Shown: piece by piece, positions 1 through 9,883 of the stretch
How the letters are laid out: each line of letters begins with the position of its first letter
Position numbering within the stretch: position 1 is the stretch's first letter
The notes under the pieces: model-generated
Told to the model about the DNA's origin: nothing
Databases searched by the model: none
What the model saw: the letters and a program-made list of their open reading frames with translations, nothing else
From: a virus
Strand: one strand, 5' to 3'
Virus record (IMG/VR): IMGVR_UViG_3300025949_000001
Span: 1-64,000 of that record
DNA: 64,000 nt
Position numbers and translations under genes: made by a program

Positions 1-1052
1 CGCAGGTTCAGCGGCAGGATCGCGTCGATGATCGAACGCAGCCGCTTGCCCACCTGCTCGGTGGAGTAGTTCGACTCGTCCGGCTCCACATCGTCAAGTA
101 AGAGCATCGTCGGCCTTTGATCTTTCACCTTCAGGCCGAGGGTCTTGGTGTCCACGCCGCGCGCCGCGAACACGAAACCCGACTGGGCGATATACATGTT
201 CTGATTGTCTTTCAGCGACAGCCGCGACTCCTGGTCATCCCCCGACTCGTCCGGTCGCGCCCGCAACTTCGCCGCAGGTTTGCACAGGTCGGGGAAGTCC
301 GAGCGCAGCAGCTCATTGTTCTCCAGTTCCTGCCGGAACGTCATCAGGTGGATCTCCGCCTGCGTCGCCGAGTCCGCGAACGCCGCGATGAACCGCTCAT
401 GCCCATGCGCCGCAGCCCACGCGGGCAGCATCAGGAAGAACCACGTCGACTTCCCAGCTGATCTTGGGGCGACGTAGCAGTCCCGCGGACCCCGCACCTG
501 AGTCACGGGGCGGATCCAATCGCGGGCGGCCCGCGCCAGATCCAGGTGGAAGTCCGCGAACGAGAACACGCCCTCACCGGACTGCCCCGGCAGCACCGTC
601 TTGAGGTGATGCGGCAAGTACACCAGCGCGAACAGCAGCGGATCACACTCGGTCAGCGCCCGACGCCCCTCCGACCGGCGCAGCAGCGGCGAATCGATGC
701 CGCCGAACGGATCCAGGCGCTCACTCAGCCACGCGGGTAGGTCGAACGTCTCGCTCGTCAGCTCCTCGCCGGCCGCGTCGAGCAGGTAGCCGTCACAGTC
801 CGGGTCCTCGCGCACCGCCGCGTTCAGCCCGTCGGTCAGGGCGAGCAGGGCATCGAACTCGTCCTCGCGGTCCGCGATCCGCTGCAACGCGACCCCGTCC
901 CGGCGGCGCGCCGCGCGCCACAGCTGGATCTCGGCCAACTCCGACTCGGCGGCCGCCAGCGCGATCCCGGTGTTGTCCGCGCCCGCGGCGAGCAGTGCTG
1001 CGCGCTGGACTTCCAGCGGCTCGAACCGGTCAGGCCCCAGAAGGCTCGCCAT
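1..1052 (-). CDS. terL: Terminase large subunit (partial, runs off the left edge)
   Basis: Not in the ORF track. Manual translation from ATG at 1052 gives MASLLGPDRF...CYVAPRSAGKST (Walker A)...QRPTMLLLDDVE (Walker B); overlaps the end of the TerS-like gene. Confidence 0.88.
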   Translation of the reverse strand, partial: MASLLGPDRFEPLEVQRAALLAAGADNTGIALAAAESELAEIQLWRAARRRDGVALQRIADREDEFDALLALTDGLNAAVREDPDCDGYLLDAAGEELTSETFDLPAWLSERLDPFGGIDSPLLRRSEGRRALTECDPLLFALVYLPHHLKTVLPGQSGEGVFSFADFHLDLARAARDWIRPVTQVRGPRDCYVAPRSAGKSTWFFLMLPAWAAAHGHERFIAAFADSATQAEIHLMTFRQELENNELLRSDFPDLCKPAAKLRARPDESGDDQESRLSLKDNQNMYIAQSGFVFAARGVDTKTLGLKVKDQRPTMLLLDDVEPDESNYSTEQVGKRLRSIIDAILPLNL

Positions 1053-1593
1053 TGCCGCCCGTGCTGACCCGCAGACGCTCAATCACGGCGCGCAACTCGG
1101 CTTCGCGCTCCTCGTCCCCGCTCAGCTCCACCTTCGAGCGCACCGGGGCATCGCTGCCCTGGATACGCCCGCGCCGCTCGTTGAGCATCCGAAGCTCCCG
1201 GATCGCGGCGAGCTTCGGCCCGTCGTCCAGTAGCCGGTTACCGTCCTCGTCGAACACGAGCTTGCCGCCCTGACTGACGTGGGGATGCTCGTGGTCGAGG
1301 ATCTCCAGGGCGACCGCCGACAGGAAGTCGATCTCGCCGAGGGCGACGCGCCGCAACTCGGCGACATCGGCGGCAGGCGCCGCGGCGAGGGCCCGTGCGA
1401 CGGCCCGGTAGGCGCCGCTCTTATCTGCGTAGCCGAGTTCGTCGGCGATCTGCTGGAATGTCCAGCGCTGCGCTTTGAGGCGTGCGGCTTCGGCGTCGCG
1501 TTCGGCGCTGTCGATGGTGCGCTCGAATTTGCCGTTGCCGTCGCGTGGGCGGTCTCGGGGGTTGATTGCGCCAGGGTTGTCGTGGCCGTCCAT
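1030..1593 (-). CDS. terS: Terminase small subunit-like HTH protein
   Basis: HTH WTFQQIADELGY; directly upstream of and overlapping terL. Confidence 0.7.
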   Translation of the reverse strand: MDGHDNPGAINPRDRPRDGNGKFERTIDSAERDAEAARLKAQRWTFQQIADELGYADKSGAYRAVARALAAAPAADVAELRRVALGEIDFLSAVALEILDHEHPHVSQGGKLVFDEDGNRLLDDGPKLAAIRELRMLNERRGRIQGSDAPVRSKVELSGDEEREAELRAVIERLRVSTGGNGEPSGA

Positions 1594-1696
1594 GCAGAAA
1601 TCATTGCATGTGAATAGTCACATTCACTCACTACCTGCCACTGTGGCCGCTTCAGGTGTTCCCGCTGCCCCGCCGGCACTAGCCGCCGCACTCCCG

Positions 1697-1743
1697 CCGC
1701 CCCCGCTGTCTGGTTCACGCCAGGCGGTGGGGGCGGTTTTTTT
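1697..1743 (+). terminator. Intrinsic terminator between terS and attP
   Basis: GC hairpin CCGCCCCCGCTG...CGGTGGGGGCGG followed by T7. Confidence 0.7.
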
Positions 1744-1805
1744 GCGTTTCCTCGCCGGCCGTACGGCTCGGTGCGCTGGTCGGCGACCACTTCGCACAGC
1801 CGGCA

Positions 1806-1859
1806 ACCTACCCCCATAAGTAGTATTCGCGGTCGGGACACATGTATAAGGGGGTAGGT
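1806..1859. other. Candidate attP for the serine integrase
   Basis: 54-bp imperfect inverted repeat with perfect outer arms ACCTACCCCC/GGGGGTAGGT, centred on GT at 1832-1833, ending 17 bp upstream of int. Confidence 0.65.
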
Positions 1860-1876
1860 CGCAGTACGATCGGCGG

Positions 1877-3343
1877 ATGCTGAGACCCGCTGCCGCAGGC
1901 GCCGAACCGCTGCGCGCCTTCATCTACGACCGCAACTCGCGAGACCCGCGCCGCCTCGGTACTGCCGTGCGCGACCAGGGCGTGGAGAATCAGCGACTGT
2001 GCGAAGCGTACGGATGGCGCATCGTCGAAGTCTTCGAAGACGCGGGCAAGTCCGCGTCCCGGTACGCGACGCGGACGCGCCCGGACTATGAGGAGATGCT
2101 GCGGCGCGCCGAGGCCCGCGAGTGCGACGTGATCGTCGCGTGGGAGGCGTCCCGGCTCAACCGCAACACCGAGACCTACCTTTCGCTGCGCAACCTGTGC
2201 GAGCGGCTCGGCATACTGCTGTGCTACAACGGCCGGCTGTACAACATGGAGCGCAGCGACGACCGGTTCGCCACGCACCTGGACGCGCTGCTCGCGGAGC
2301 GGGAGGCGGACGCGATCCGGGATCGCAACAAGCGCACACACCGGCTGATCCTGGAGCGCGGTACTCCCCCGGGGCGGTTGCCGTACGGTTTCGCGCGCGA
2401 GTACGACGCGCGCACGGGCGCGCTGGTCCGGCAGGTGGTCGATCCCGCGCAGGGGGAGGTGGTGCGGGAGATCGCGCGGCGGGTGCTGGAGGGGCAGTCT
2501 TGCAGTTCGATCGCGCGGGAGTTGAACCGGCGGGGGGTGCCGGCGCCGTGGACGAGTCCGGCGTGGACGCTGGAGTCGGTCAAGCGGGTGGTGGTGCGCC
2601 CCTCCAGCGCGGGCAAGCGGGATCATCGCGGCCGGGTGGTGGGGGATGCGGCGTGGCCGGCGATCCTTGAGGAGTCGGACTGGCAGGCGTGCGTGCGGGT
2701 TCTGACGGATCCGGCGAGGTTGAATCACCGCGGCGCGCAGGTGCGGCACCTGCTGTCGGGCCTGGTGTTCTGCGGGCCGTGCGGGGGTGCGTCCCGGCTG
2801 CGTCCGAAGAAGGTGAAGGGCGCCGTGAGCTACCTGTGTCAGCGCTGCTATCGGGTGAGCATGCGCGCACCGATGCTCGAGGCGTTCGCGGTGGAGCTGG
2901 TGTTGGGTTACGTGGAGAGGGAGGCGTTCGCCTCGTCGTTGTTGGCGGTGGATGTTGAGCGCGGGGACGTGGCGGCGCGGGCGGTGGCGGAGGCGCGGGC
3001 GTATGAGGCGCAGCTGGCGGAGGCGACGGCGTTGGCGGGCCAGTTGGCGCCGGGTCGCGGCGGGCTGATGGTTCCGGCGCTGTCTGCGGCGCGGTTGGCG
3101 GCGATGGAGGCGGATCTCCTACCGAAGATCGATGCGGCGTTGGCGCGGGCGCGTGGCGCGTCGGTTCCGGCGGTGCTGCGGGATACCGCGGGTCCGGGTG
3201 CGCGTGATCTGTGGGAGGAGGATTTGGACATCGGGCAGCGGCGGGTGGTGATCCGGGAGGTGGTGCGGTTGCAGTTGAACGAGGGCGGCATGGGGGCGCG
3301 CAAGATCGCGCCGGGGCGTGTGACGTACGAGTGGCTGCGTTAG
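1877..3343 (+). CDS. int: Large serine integrase
   Basis: IYDRNS catalytic motif, SRLNR, recombinase domain PPGRLPYGF, Zn ribbon LLSGLVFCGPC...YLC; leaderless start 6 nt after TACGAT. Confidence 0.95.
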   Translation: MLRPAAAGAEPLRAFIYDRNSRDPRRLGTAVRDQGVENQRLCEAYGWRIVEVFEDAGKSASRYATRTRPDYEEMLRRAEARECDVIVAWEASRLNRNTETYLSLRNLCERLGILLCYNGRLYNMERSDDRFATHLDALLAEREADAIRDRNKRTHRLILERGTPPGRLPYGFAREYDARTGALVRQVVDPAQGEVVREIARRVLEGQSCSSIARELNRRGVPAPWTSPAWTLESVKRVVVRPSSAGKRDHRGRVVGDAAWPAILEESDWQACVRVLTDPARLNHRGAQVRHLLSGLVFCGPCGGASRLRPKKVKGAVSYLCQRCYRVSMRAPMLEAFAVELVLGYVEREAFASSLLAVDVERGDVAARAVAEARAYEAQLAEATALAGQLAPGRGGLMVPALSAARLAAMEADLLPKIDAALARARGASVPAVLRDTAGPGARDLWEEDLDIGQRRVVIREVVRLQLNEGGMGARKIAPGRVTYEWLR

Positions 3344-3819
3344 GCGCCGTGGCGGTCGCGGCGCCCCGAGCGTTCTTCAGCGCTGGCCAGCCGCAGCACG
3401 CGGCCCTGCGACGCGGCGCCGGTCTGTCCGCTGAGCGCTGCGGCCTGCGCGGCGAGCGAGACGAGGTGCGCGCGTTCTGTGCCGAGTTCGCCGGCGCCGG
3501 CGCCGTAGAGGGTACGACGGCGCGACTCGGCGTCGCGTGCGGCTTGGATGGCTGCGGCGGCGACGGCCGTGGTAGCCATGGCGGCGAGGCATGCGGCGCC
3601 GGCGAGCAGGCAGAGGCAGGCCGCCGACCATGCGGCGCCGCGGACGAGGCGGGGCGCGTGGCAGGCCGCCGCGGTGTACTGCGCCGCGACGAGTGTTGCG
3701 CCGCACGTCCAGCTGGCCGTGGTGACGAGCGTGAGACGCCTGAGCGGTTTGCGCCGTTCGCGCGCGCGCCCGAGTGTGGGTAGCGGCTGGGTCGGCGTCT
3801 CGTCGCCTGGTCCGGGCAT
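3340..3819 (-). CDS. Membrane protein of the lysogeny module
   Basis: Two hydrophobic segments; lies between repressor and int. Confidence 0.55.
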   Translation of the reverse strand: MPGPGDETPTQPLPTLGRARERRKPLRRLTLVTTASWTCGATLVAAQYTAAACHAPRLVRGAAWSAACLCLLAGAACLAAMATTAVAAAAIQAARDAESRRRTLYGAGAGELGTERAHLVSLAAQAAALSGQTGAASQGRVLRLASAEERSGRRDRHGA

Positions 3820-3999
3820 GCTCGCTCTCCCCTGCGTAGCGCACCGGGCGCCCGAGCCCGGAGGGTGACCTAGTGTCGCATGTCCGGGCCGCCGGGGTCT
3901 GGGGCTGCTCGGACATGGTTGGACATGGTCGCAGAGTTATTACAGTAAGCGCGCCGTGGCGCGCCCGGGAGTCTAATCACTCGTACGGGTGACGCTGTG

Positions 4000-4548
4000 T
4001 CACAAGGCCGCGCGGTCGCCGTTGCCGCCGGATTCCGGTTCGTCGGAGGTCTGCGCGTTGCGCCGCAGTGCGTCTTCGTAGTCGCGTCGCATCAGGCGGA
4101 TCGACTCCTCTTTGCGTCGCAGGTAGTCCGTGCGTAGGCGATGGTATTCGTCGCCTGAGATGGTGCCGCGCTTGCGCTCGTCGGCGAGCCAGTGCAGGTG
4201 CGGGTCGTCCTCGATGGCGTCCAGTTCGCGGCGGATGACGGCGCCGATGGGGTCGCGGCGCATTTCGGCGGCGTAGTCGGCGATCGCGTCGTGTCCGGCT
4301 GCGCGCAGGGCGTCGATGGCGTCGCGCCCGAGGATCTCGGCGGTGAGGATGGCGAATTCGGCGCTCGCGGCCTGCTCGCCGCCCGTCCATCGGGATACCA
4401 GTGAGCGGGAGATGCGCCCGTCTGATGCGCTGGCGAGGTCGGTGGGGCGCCAGCGGGCGGTGCGTAGGGCGTTGTTGATCCAGTCGGCCCAGCGTGCGGC
4501 GCTTTCCTGGCGCTCCCGCTGCCGTTGGTCGCGTCCTGGTCGGGGCAT
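4000..4548 (-). CDS. XRE-family immunity repressor
   Basis: HTH TDLASAS...SRSLVSRWTGG; divergent from the Cro-like gene. Confidence 0.8.
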   Translation of the reverse strand: MPRPGRDQRQRERQESAARWADWINNALRTARWRPTDLASASDGRISRSLVSRWTGGEQAASAEFAILTAEILGRDAIDALRAAGHDAIADYAAEMRRDPIGAVIRRELDAIEDDPHLHWLADERKRGTISGDEYHRLRTDYLRRKEESIRLMRRDYEDALRRNAQTSDEPESGGNGDRAAL

Positions 4549-4574
4549 CGCGTGTCCTGTCCGGATAGGCGGTA

Positions 4575-4780
4575 GTTGCGCAATCACAACGTCCGGTTGC
4601 GTTTACGCGACAAGTCTAGGGCACCGGTGTATCACGGGGCACGTCTCCCCTCGGCGTGCAGTGTCGCAAAGATCTCATGGCACTGCTACGGCCCGACGTC
4701 CCCGATTTTGTGACCTGGCCGTGACCGATTCCCGTTGTGTTGTGTTGACGCAACATATAGCGTTGTACACGCAACACAAC
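4575..4780. promoter_or_regulatory. Lysis/lysogeny switch with three 16-bp operators and a rightward promoter
   Basis: GTTGCGCAATCACAAC (4575), GTTGCGTTTACGCGAC (4596), GTTGTGTTGACGCAAC (4739); TTGTGT-N17-TAGCGT at 4735-4763. Confidence 0.75.
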
Positions 4781-4797
4781 GATCCCGAGAGGACCCC

Positions 4798-5154
4798 ATG
4801 GCCACCACGCACGAGAACGCGCCCGGCGCCGAGGCGAACCCGGGGCGCGCGAAAGAGATCCTGATCAAACCCGACACCTTGACCCGCCTCGCAGACGGCG
4901 ACCGGATGCTCGGCAAGGCCCGCGAGGGCGGCTGGGAGCCGAACCTGTCCGCCATCGCCCGGCGTGCGGGCGTGGACAAGGGAACCCTCTCCCGTTTCGC
5001 CAGCGGCGACCAGGGACTCACCAAGAAGATCATCGAGGTGGTGATCGAAGCCAGCGGCAAGCACTGGCTCGACGCCCTCGCCGAGTACTTCGTCTACGAC
5101 ATCCCGCGCGCGCAGGCGGCCGAGGAGTGCGAGGACCTGGCGGCGGCCGCGTGA
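4798..5154 (+). CDS. Cro-like HTH protein
   Basis: NLSAIARRAGVDKGTLSRFASG; first gene of the rightward operon. Confidence 0.8.
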   Translation: MATTHENAPGAEANPGRAKEILIKPDTLTRLADGDRMLGKAREGGWEPNLSAIARRAGVDKGTLSRFASGDQGLTKKIIEVVIEASGKHWLDALAEYFVYDIPRAQAAEECEDLAAAA

Positions 5155-5360
5155 GCGCCTCGTCTTCCCGGAAGCGGCGCGAGGAGATCCTCGGCCCGGA
5201 GATGGTGGCGCTCATCGCGCGCGCTATCGCCGAGGCGCCTCCGCTCTCCCCCGCGAAGTTCGAACGCTTGCGCCGCATCTTCGGGCCGGCCGCGCAGCGC
5301 CACCGCATGCGCCTCACGAACGACGCCCAGTCCGACTTGGTGACATCCCGGGCGGCATAG
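5151..5360 (+). CDS. Small basic hypothetical protein
   Basis: GTGA coupling to the cro-like gene. Confidence 0.55.
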   Translation: MSASSSRKRREEILGPEMVALIARAIAEAPPLSPAKFERLRRIFGPAAQRHRMRLTNDAQSDLVTSRAA

Positions 5361-5451
5361 CGGCCCAAGCGCAGAAAAGCCGCCTCGGCCCGGACGCGAC
5401 CCGGGCCGTAAGCGGCGAGGCAGTTCATTCCACACGATAGGGGAGATATCA

Positions 5452-6594
5452 GTGGGCACAACCACTGTACAGCGGCCTTCCTCGAACGCGAGTTCGCGCA
5501 AGGCAAAATCCGAGTCAGGGTTCTCCGTCAGGGCGTTCCTGTTCGGCCCCCGCGGAGAGGCCGACGACGATCCTAGGCAGGCCGAACTCGAAGAGTCCGC
5601 CCTCGACGAGCAGTCCCAGTTGCTGCTCAAGCACTTCAAGGGCGAGTTGTCCAGGGCGGTCAACTTCCTCGCGGCGCAGAAGCGCGTCGCCCCCTCTCCG
5701 ACGGACCTGGACGGCTCGCGCCCCGCGTACCTGCTGCGGCACCTCGCGATGCTCGCCCTGGACGGGGAGATCGACCCGGAGCTGACGTTCCGCGGCGCGG
5801 TCGAGCGGTTGCAGTCGGCGTGGGATCTGCTCAACGAGCGCGCCGACGAGCAGGAGACGGTTGAAGCCCGCACTGTCGCGGCGATGGCGGCCGGCCAGCG
5901 CGTGACGCGGAAGCTCGCCGAGGCCGCCGCCACCGAGGACATGATCCAGCGTGTCACCGGCGAGCGGGTCGAGCTGGAGATCGACACGGCGGCCATCGGC
6001 GAAGGCCTGGCGAAGCTGCACGCGAATGCGCACTCTCCGCAGGATCAGACGATGCAGTTCCCGGAGCCCCTGTACACGCCGGGCATGCCGGACCCGCGCA
6101 AGAGCGCTGAGAAGTCCTCACCGGTCGAGGTAACGCAGGTTCTCGCGCACCCGCATCCGTGGGACGCCGGCGCCGACGGGATGGTGCGCAGCGACGGCAG
6201 CATCCCGTCCTCGCCGGTGCACCGCGACGAGACCGCTCCCCCGGTCCCGCGGCGGGAATCGGAGCTGGGCGAGCGTCCGCTGCCCAAGCGCCACAGGGTT
6301 CTCTCGATTCCGGCGCGCATGTCCGCTGTCCCCGGCGTCCCGGCGGACGGCTCCGAGTATGCGGCTACGGAGCTGCTGGTGCTGCCCGGTGCGTGGATGT
6401 TCACCGATGGCTTGTGGTCGCTGGTGGAGTCCGCGGAGGTGGACGCCGAGAAGCGGGTGGTCGCGCAGCCGGCCGGGGGCGACGAGGTGGTTCTGGGGCC
6501 GGGTGCGCCGGTGTGGCTGCTGGCGCCCGGCGAGGCCGCAGGCCTGGTGGAGGCGTATCGCGCGGGGCTGAACGAGACGGAGGCCTCCCGGTGA
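5452..6594 (+). CDS. Hypothetical protein
   Basis: 380 aa, GGGAG RBS, GC3-rich. Confidence 0.7.
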   Translation: MGTTTVQRPSSNASSRKAKSESGFSVRAFLFGPRGEADDDPRQAELEESALDEQSQLLLKHFKGELSRAVNFLAAQKRVAPSPTDLDGSRPAYLLRHLAMLALDGEIDPELTFRGAVERLQSAWDLLNERADEQETVEARTVAAMAAGQRVTRKLAEAAATEDMIQRVTGERVELEIDTAAIGEGLAKLHANAHSPQDQTMQFPEPLYTPGMPDPRKSAEKSSPVEVTQVLAHPHPWDAGADGMVRSDGSIPSSPVHRDETAPPVPRRESELGERPLPKRHRVLSIPARMSAVPGVPADGSEYAATELLVLPGAWMFTDGLWSLVESAEVDAEKRVVAQPAGGDEVVLGPGAPVWLLAPGEAAGLVEAYRAGLNETEASR

Positions 6595-6965
6595 GCGCCC
6601 CGACGCTGACCACGGCCGGCCTGAAGTCCGCCGCGGCGCTGCCCGAGTTGCCGAACTCGTTCCTGGCCGAGATGACCGGCAGCGACGAGCCGGCGCAGGG
6701 CGAGCTGCGGGAGATCTTCCCGCGTACCGCGCGCCGTTCCCGCCCGGACCCGATCGCGCTGCTGCCGGGCGATTGCATCCTCGACGAGGGCGAGCGGCCG
6801 TGCTGGCTGCGGGTGGAGTTCGTCAAGCATGGGGCGACGGGCAGCGTGGTGCGCACCGCGTCGGGCCTGGAGTTGTCCGTGACGGCGGGCCGCGCGGTGT
6901 GGGTGTGGCGGCTCGTGGACGTGATGGCGTGGATGGTCCTGGGCGAGAGCGCGGGTGCCCGATGA
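6591..6965 (+). CDS. Hypothetical protein
   Basis: Translationally coupled at both ends. Confidence 0.6.
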   Translation: MSAPTLTTAGLKSAAALPELPNSFLAEMTGSDEPAQGELREIFPRTARRSRPDPIALLPGDCILDEGERPCWLRVEFVKHGATGSVVRTASGLELSVTAGRAVWVWRLVDVMAWMVLGESAGAR

Positions 6966-7192
6966 GCGAGATCACCGCCGCCCTGGCCCGCGAAGTGCTG
7001 GAGATCGCGCTCGTGCACGCCCCGGAAGCGCTCGACGAGCTGCTGCGGCTGCACGCCGCCGCGTGCGATGCGGACGGCGAGCCGGCCGAGGTTGCGCTGG
7101 CGCGGGTGCAGTTGGAGCGGTCGCTGCGTGATGCGGCGCTGGACGTGGAGGACTACGCGACCGCGACCGCCGCGAAGGTGGCGATGCTGTGA
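6962..7192 (+). CDS. Hypothetical protein
   Basis: ATGA/GTGA coupling. Confidence 0.6.
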   Translation: MSEITAALAREVLEIALVHAPEALDELLRLHAAACDADGEPAEVALARVQLERSLRDAALDVEDYATATAAKVAML

Positions 7193-8238
7193 CCGCGCTC
7201 TTCGACGTTCCGACCCCCGCGCAGCGCAAGCCCGGACCGCGCGTGACGCCCACTGCGACCCTTGTGCTGCCCGCCACCGCGTCGCGTGACGAATGGCTCG
7301 CCGCCCGACGCGAAGGCATCGGCGCCTCCGACGTGCCCGCGATCCTCGGGGTCTCCGACTACGGCACACCCCGCTCCGTCTACTACGACAAGATCGGCGA
7401 AGCCGTGGACGGCGCGACCGACGCCGCGCACTGGGGCACCGTCCTGGAAGAACCCATCGCCCGCGAATGGGCGCGGCGCAACCGCTCCGTGGTGCGCCGA
7501 GTGGGCCTGGTCGCGCACATCGACGACCCGATCCTGATGTGCACCCTGGACCGGCGCATCACCGAATGCCCGCTGCCCGACTCCCGCCGCGAACAGTGCG
7601 CGCTGGAGGTCAAGTGCCGTTCCGCGTTCAAGGCGGCGCGCTGGCACGCGAACCTGCCCGACGATGTCGCGGGCCAGATGCTGTGGCAGATCGCGGTGAC
7701 CGGCTACGACCACATCCACTACGCGGTGCTGGTCGGCGGCAACGACTACCGGCAGGGCGTAGTGCGCCGCGCCGATCACGAGCCGACGATCCGGCACATC
7801 GTGGCCGCTTGCAAGCGGCTTTGGTCCGAGTTCGTCGTGCCGCGCATCGTGCCGGCCGCTGACTCGGAGCACGGCGAGCGGGAGCTGGAGATGTACAAGC
7901 GCATGCACCGCTCCCGCTCCGGCCTGGTCGCAGCTGCGGATCCGGAGGCGGTGAAGCGGGCGCTGCTCGACTACGAGGAGCACCGGCTCGCGGAGTCGGC
8001 GGCGAAGAAGGCGAAGGCGGTGGCGCAGGCGGAGTTGCTGCACCTGCTGGGCGATCACGAGGCGCTGCTGATCGACGGCCAGGTGGCGTACGAGATGCGC
8101 CCGACGCGGCGCACGTACACGGACCTGGAGCGGCTGGCTGAGCGCTACCCGGAGGCGTACCGCGACTGTGTCGTGGAGCGGCCCGGCCGCCAACTGGCGA
8201 TCGATACGGAGTTCAAGCAGATGGCGGAGGCGCAGTGA
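7189..8238 (+). CDS. YqaJ-family (lambda-exonuclease-like) recombination nuclease
   Basis: WLAARREGIGASD, WGTVLE, TLDR, LEVK, QMLWQ motifs. Confidence 0.92.
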   Translation: MTALFDVPTPAQRKPGPRVTPTATLVLPATASRDEWLAARREGIGASDVPAILGVSDYGTPRSVYYDKIGEAVDGATDAAHWGTVLEEPIAREWARRNRSVVRRVGLVAHIDDPILMCTLDRRITECPLPDSRREQCALEVKCRSAFKAARWHANLPDDVAGQMLWQIAVTGYDHIHYAVLVGGNDYRQGVVRRADHEPTIRHIVAACKRLWSEFVVPRIVPAADSEHGERELEMYKRMHRSRSGLVAAADPEAVKRALLDYEEHRLAESAAKKAKAVAQAELLHLLGDHEALLIDGQVAYEMRPTRRTYTDLERLAERYPEAYRDCVVERPGRQLAIDTEFKQMAEAQ

Positions 8239-9143
8239 TGATGAGGCTTGCAGAGAACGCGGCGGCACTGGCCGGCGAACCGCTGCCGGGCACGATGGTC
8301 GCAGACGAGCCGCAGTTCCGGGCCGCGCCCGACCTGACCGAACCGGACCTGGGTGACCTGACTGTCGACGGCGAGAAGGTGCCCGTCGTGGTCGCCTGGT
8401 CGCGGGTGATGGGCGAGATCCGCTCCATCGGGAAGAACCAGGACTTCGACGGCGGCAGGGCCGGGAAGTTCAAGTTCCGCGGCATCGAGGCGGCGTTGAA
8501 CGCGTTCGGGCCCGCATGCCGCAAGCACGGCGTGGTGGTCTCTCAGCATCGCGTCGTTGCCGAGTACCGCGAGATTTCCACTGCCAGCGGCGGCAAGATG
8601 CGCGAGTGCACGGCGACGGTCACCTACCGCATCTACGGGCCGTCGGGCGATTTGTCGGAGTTCATCGAGTGCCAGGCGATGGGTGAGGCGTCGGATAGCG
8701 GCGGCCGGTCGACGCCGAAGGCTCAGTCGATCGCGCTGCGCACCTTGCTGATCAACAACGGCCTGGTGCCGACCGAGGACCGGGACGCGGACGCAGACCA
8801 CTTCGAGCGCGGCGAGACGAACGTACGCACGGCGGCCTCGTACCTGGCGGAGGTGTTCAGCCCGGAGACCTCGCATGCACGCCTTCAGCAGATCTACCGC
8901 GAACTGGTATCGAACCGGATCGCGACGTCGCTGGTGCGCAACGAGATCGGCGAGGACGAGGAGATCGGGAAGCTGGTCGCGCGCCTCGGCAAGGAACGCA
9001 AAGCGCGGCCCACTACGGACCCGTGGGCCTCGTCGCAGTCGCCGGCGCATGTCGGCCATCCGGACGGCGAATACGACGCAGACTGCGCCGGGTGCAGGGC
9101 GGAGTCGGCCGAAGCCGACCGGATCGCGGCAGGCGGCGCCTGA
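8235..9143 (+). CDS. ERF-family ssDNA annealing protein
   Basis: IGKN..FKFRGIE, GEASDSGGRSTPKAQSIA; follows YqaJ. Confidence 0.85.
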   Translation: MMMRLAENAAALAGEPLPGTMVADEPQFRAAPDLTEPDLGDLTVDGEKVPVVVAWSRVMGEIRSIGKNQDFDGGRAGKFKFRGIEAALNAFGPACRKHGVVVSQHRVVAEYREISTASGGKMRECTATVTYRIYGPSGDLSEFIECQAMGEASDSGGRSTPKAQSIALRTLLINNGLVPTEDRDADADHFERGETNVRTAASYLAEVFSPETSHARLQQIYRELVSNRIATSLVRNEIGEDEEIGKLVARLGKERKARPTTDPWASSQSPAHVGHPDGEYDADCAGCRAESAEADRIAAGGA

Positions 9144-9883
9144 TGGGTACCCCGTGGTGGCTTGGCCCCGCAGTGTCGTTCGACCTCGAGTCGACGGGTG
9201 TCGATGTAGCGCAGGACCGGATCGTGACGGTCGCGCTGCTGTACCTCGACGGCCCGTCGGTGCGCCCGGAACGGTACCTGCTCGATCCGGGCGTCGAGAT
9301 CCCCGAGGCCGCGACCGCCATCCATGGGATCAGCACGCAGCACGCGCGGGAGCACGGCGAGCAGCCCGGCCCGGCATTGAGCGATACCGCCGCGAAGCTG
9401 GCGCAGGCGATGCACTCCGGGACACCCGTGATCGGCGCGAACATCAGCTACGACTTGTCGCTGCTGCACTTCGAGTGCCTGCGCCACGGCATCCCGACGC
9501 TCTCGCAGCGCCTGGACGGCGCGATGCGCCCGGTGATCGATATCCGCGTGCTCGACCTTGCCGTCGACAAGTGGCGCAAGGGCAAGCGCAAGCTGACCGA
9601 TCTGTGTGCGCACTACGAGGTGACGCATCACGGCGCGCACGACAGCGCCTATGACGCTCTGGCTGCCGCGCAGGTCGCCGCCGTGATCGCGGAGCGGTTT
9701 CCGAGGGTGGGTTCGCTCACGCTGGACGAGTTGCACGACGCGCAGGTGGCGTGGGCGCACGAGCAGCGCACTGACCTGCAGGCGTACTTCGATCGCAAGC
9801 GCCAAGACGGCGAGGCGCGCAAGGTCGTGGAGTTGGGCTGGCCGCTGTACGACCAGTGCGCGGATGTGGCGGTGTCGCCGTGA
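9143..9883 (+). CDS. DnaQ-like DEDDh 3'-5' exonuclease
   Basis: FDLESTG, IHGIST, NISYDL, HDSAYDA. Confidence 0.92.
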   Translation: MGTPWWLGPAVSFDLESTGVDVAQDRIVTVALLYLDGPSVRPERYLLDPGVEIPEAATAIHGISTQHAREHGEQPGPALSDTAAKLAQAMHSGTPVIGANISYDLSLLHFECLRHGIPTLSQRLDGAMRPVIDIRVLDLAVDKWRKGKRKLTDLCAHYEVTHHGAHDSAYDALAAAQVAAVIAERFPRVGSLTLDELHDAQVAWAHEQRTDLQAYFDRKRQDGEARKVVELGWPLYDQCADVAVSP

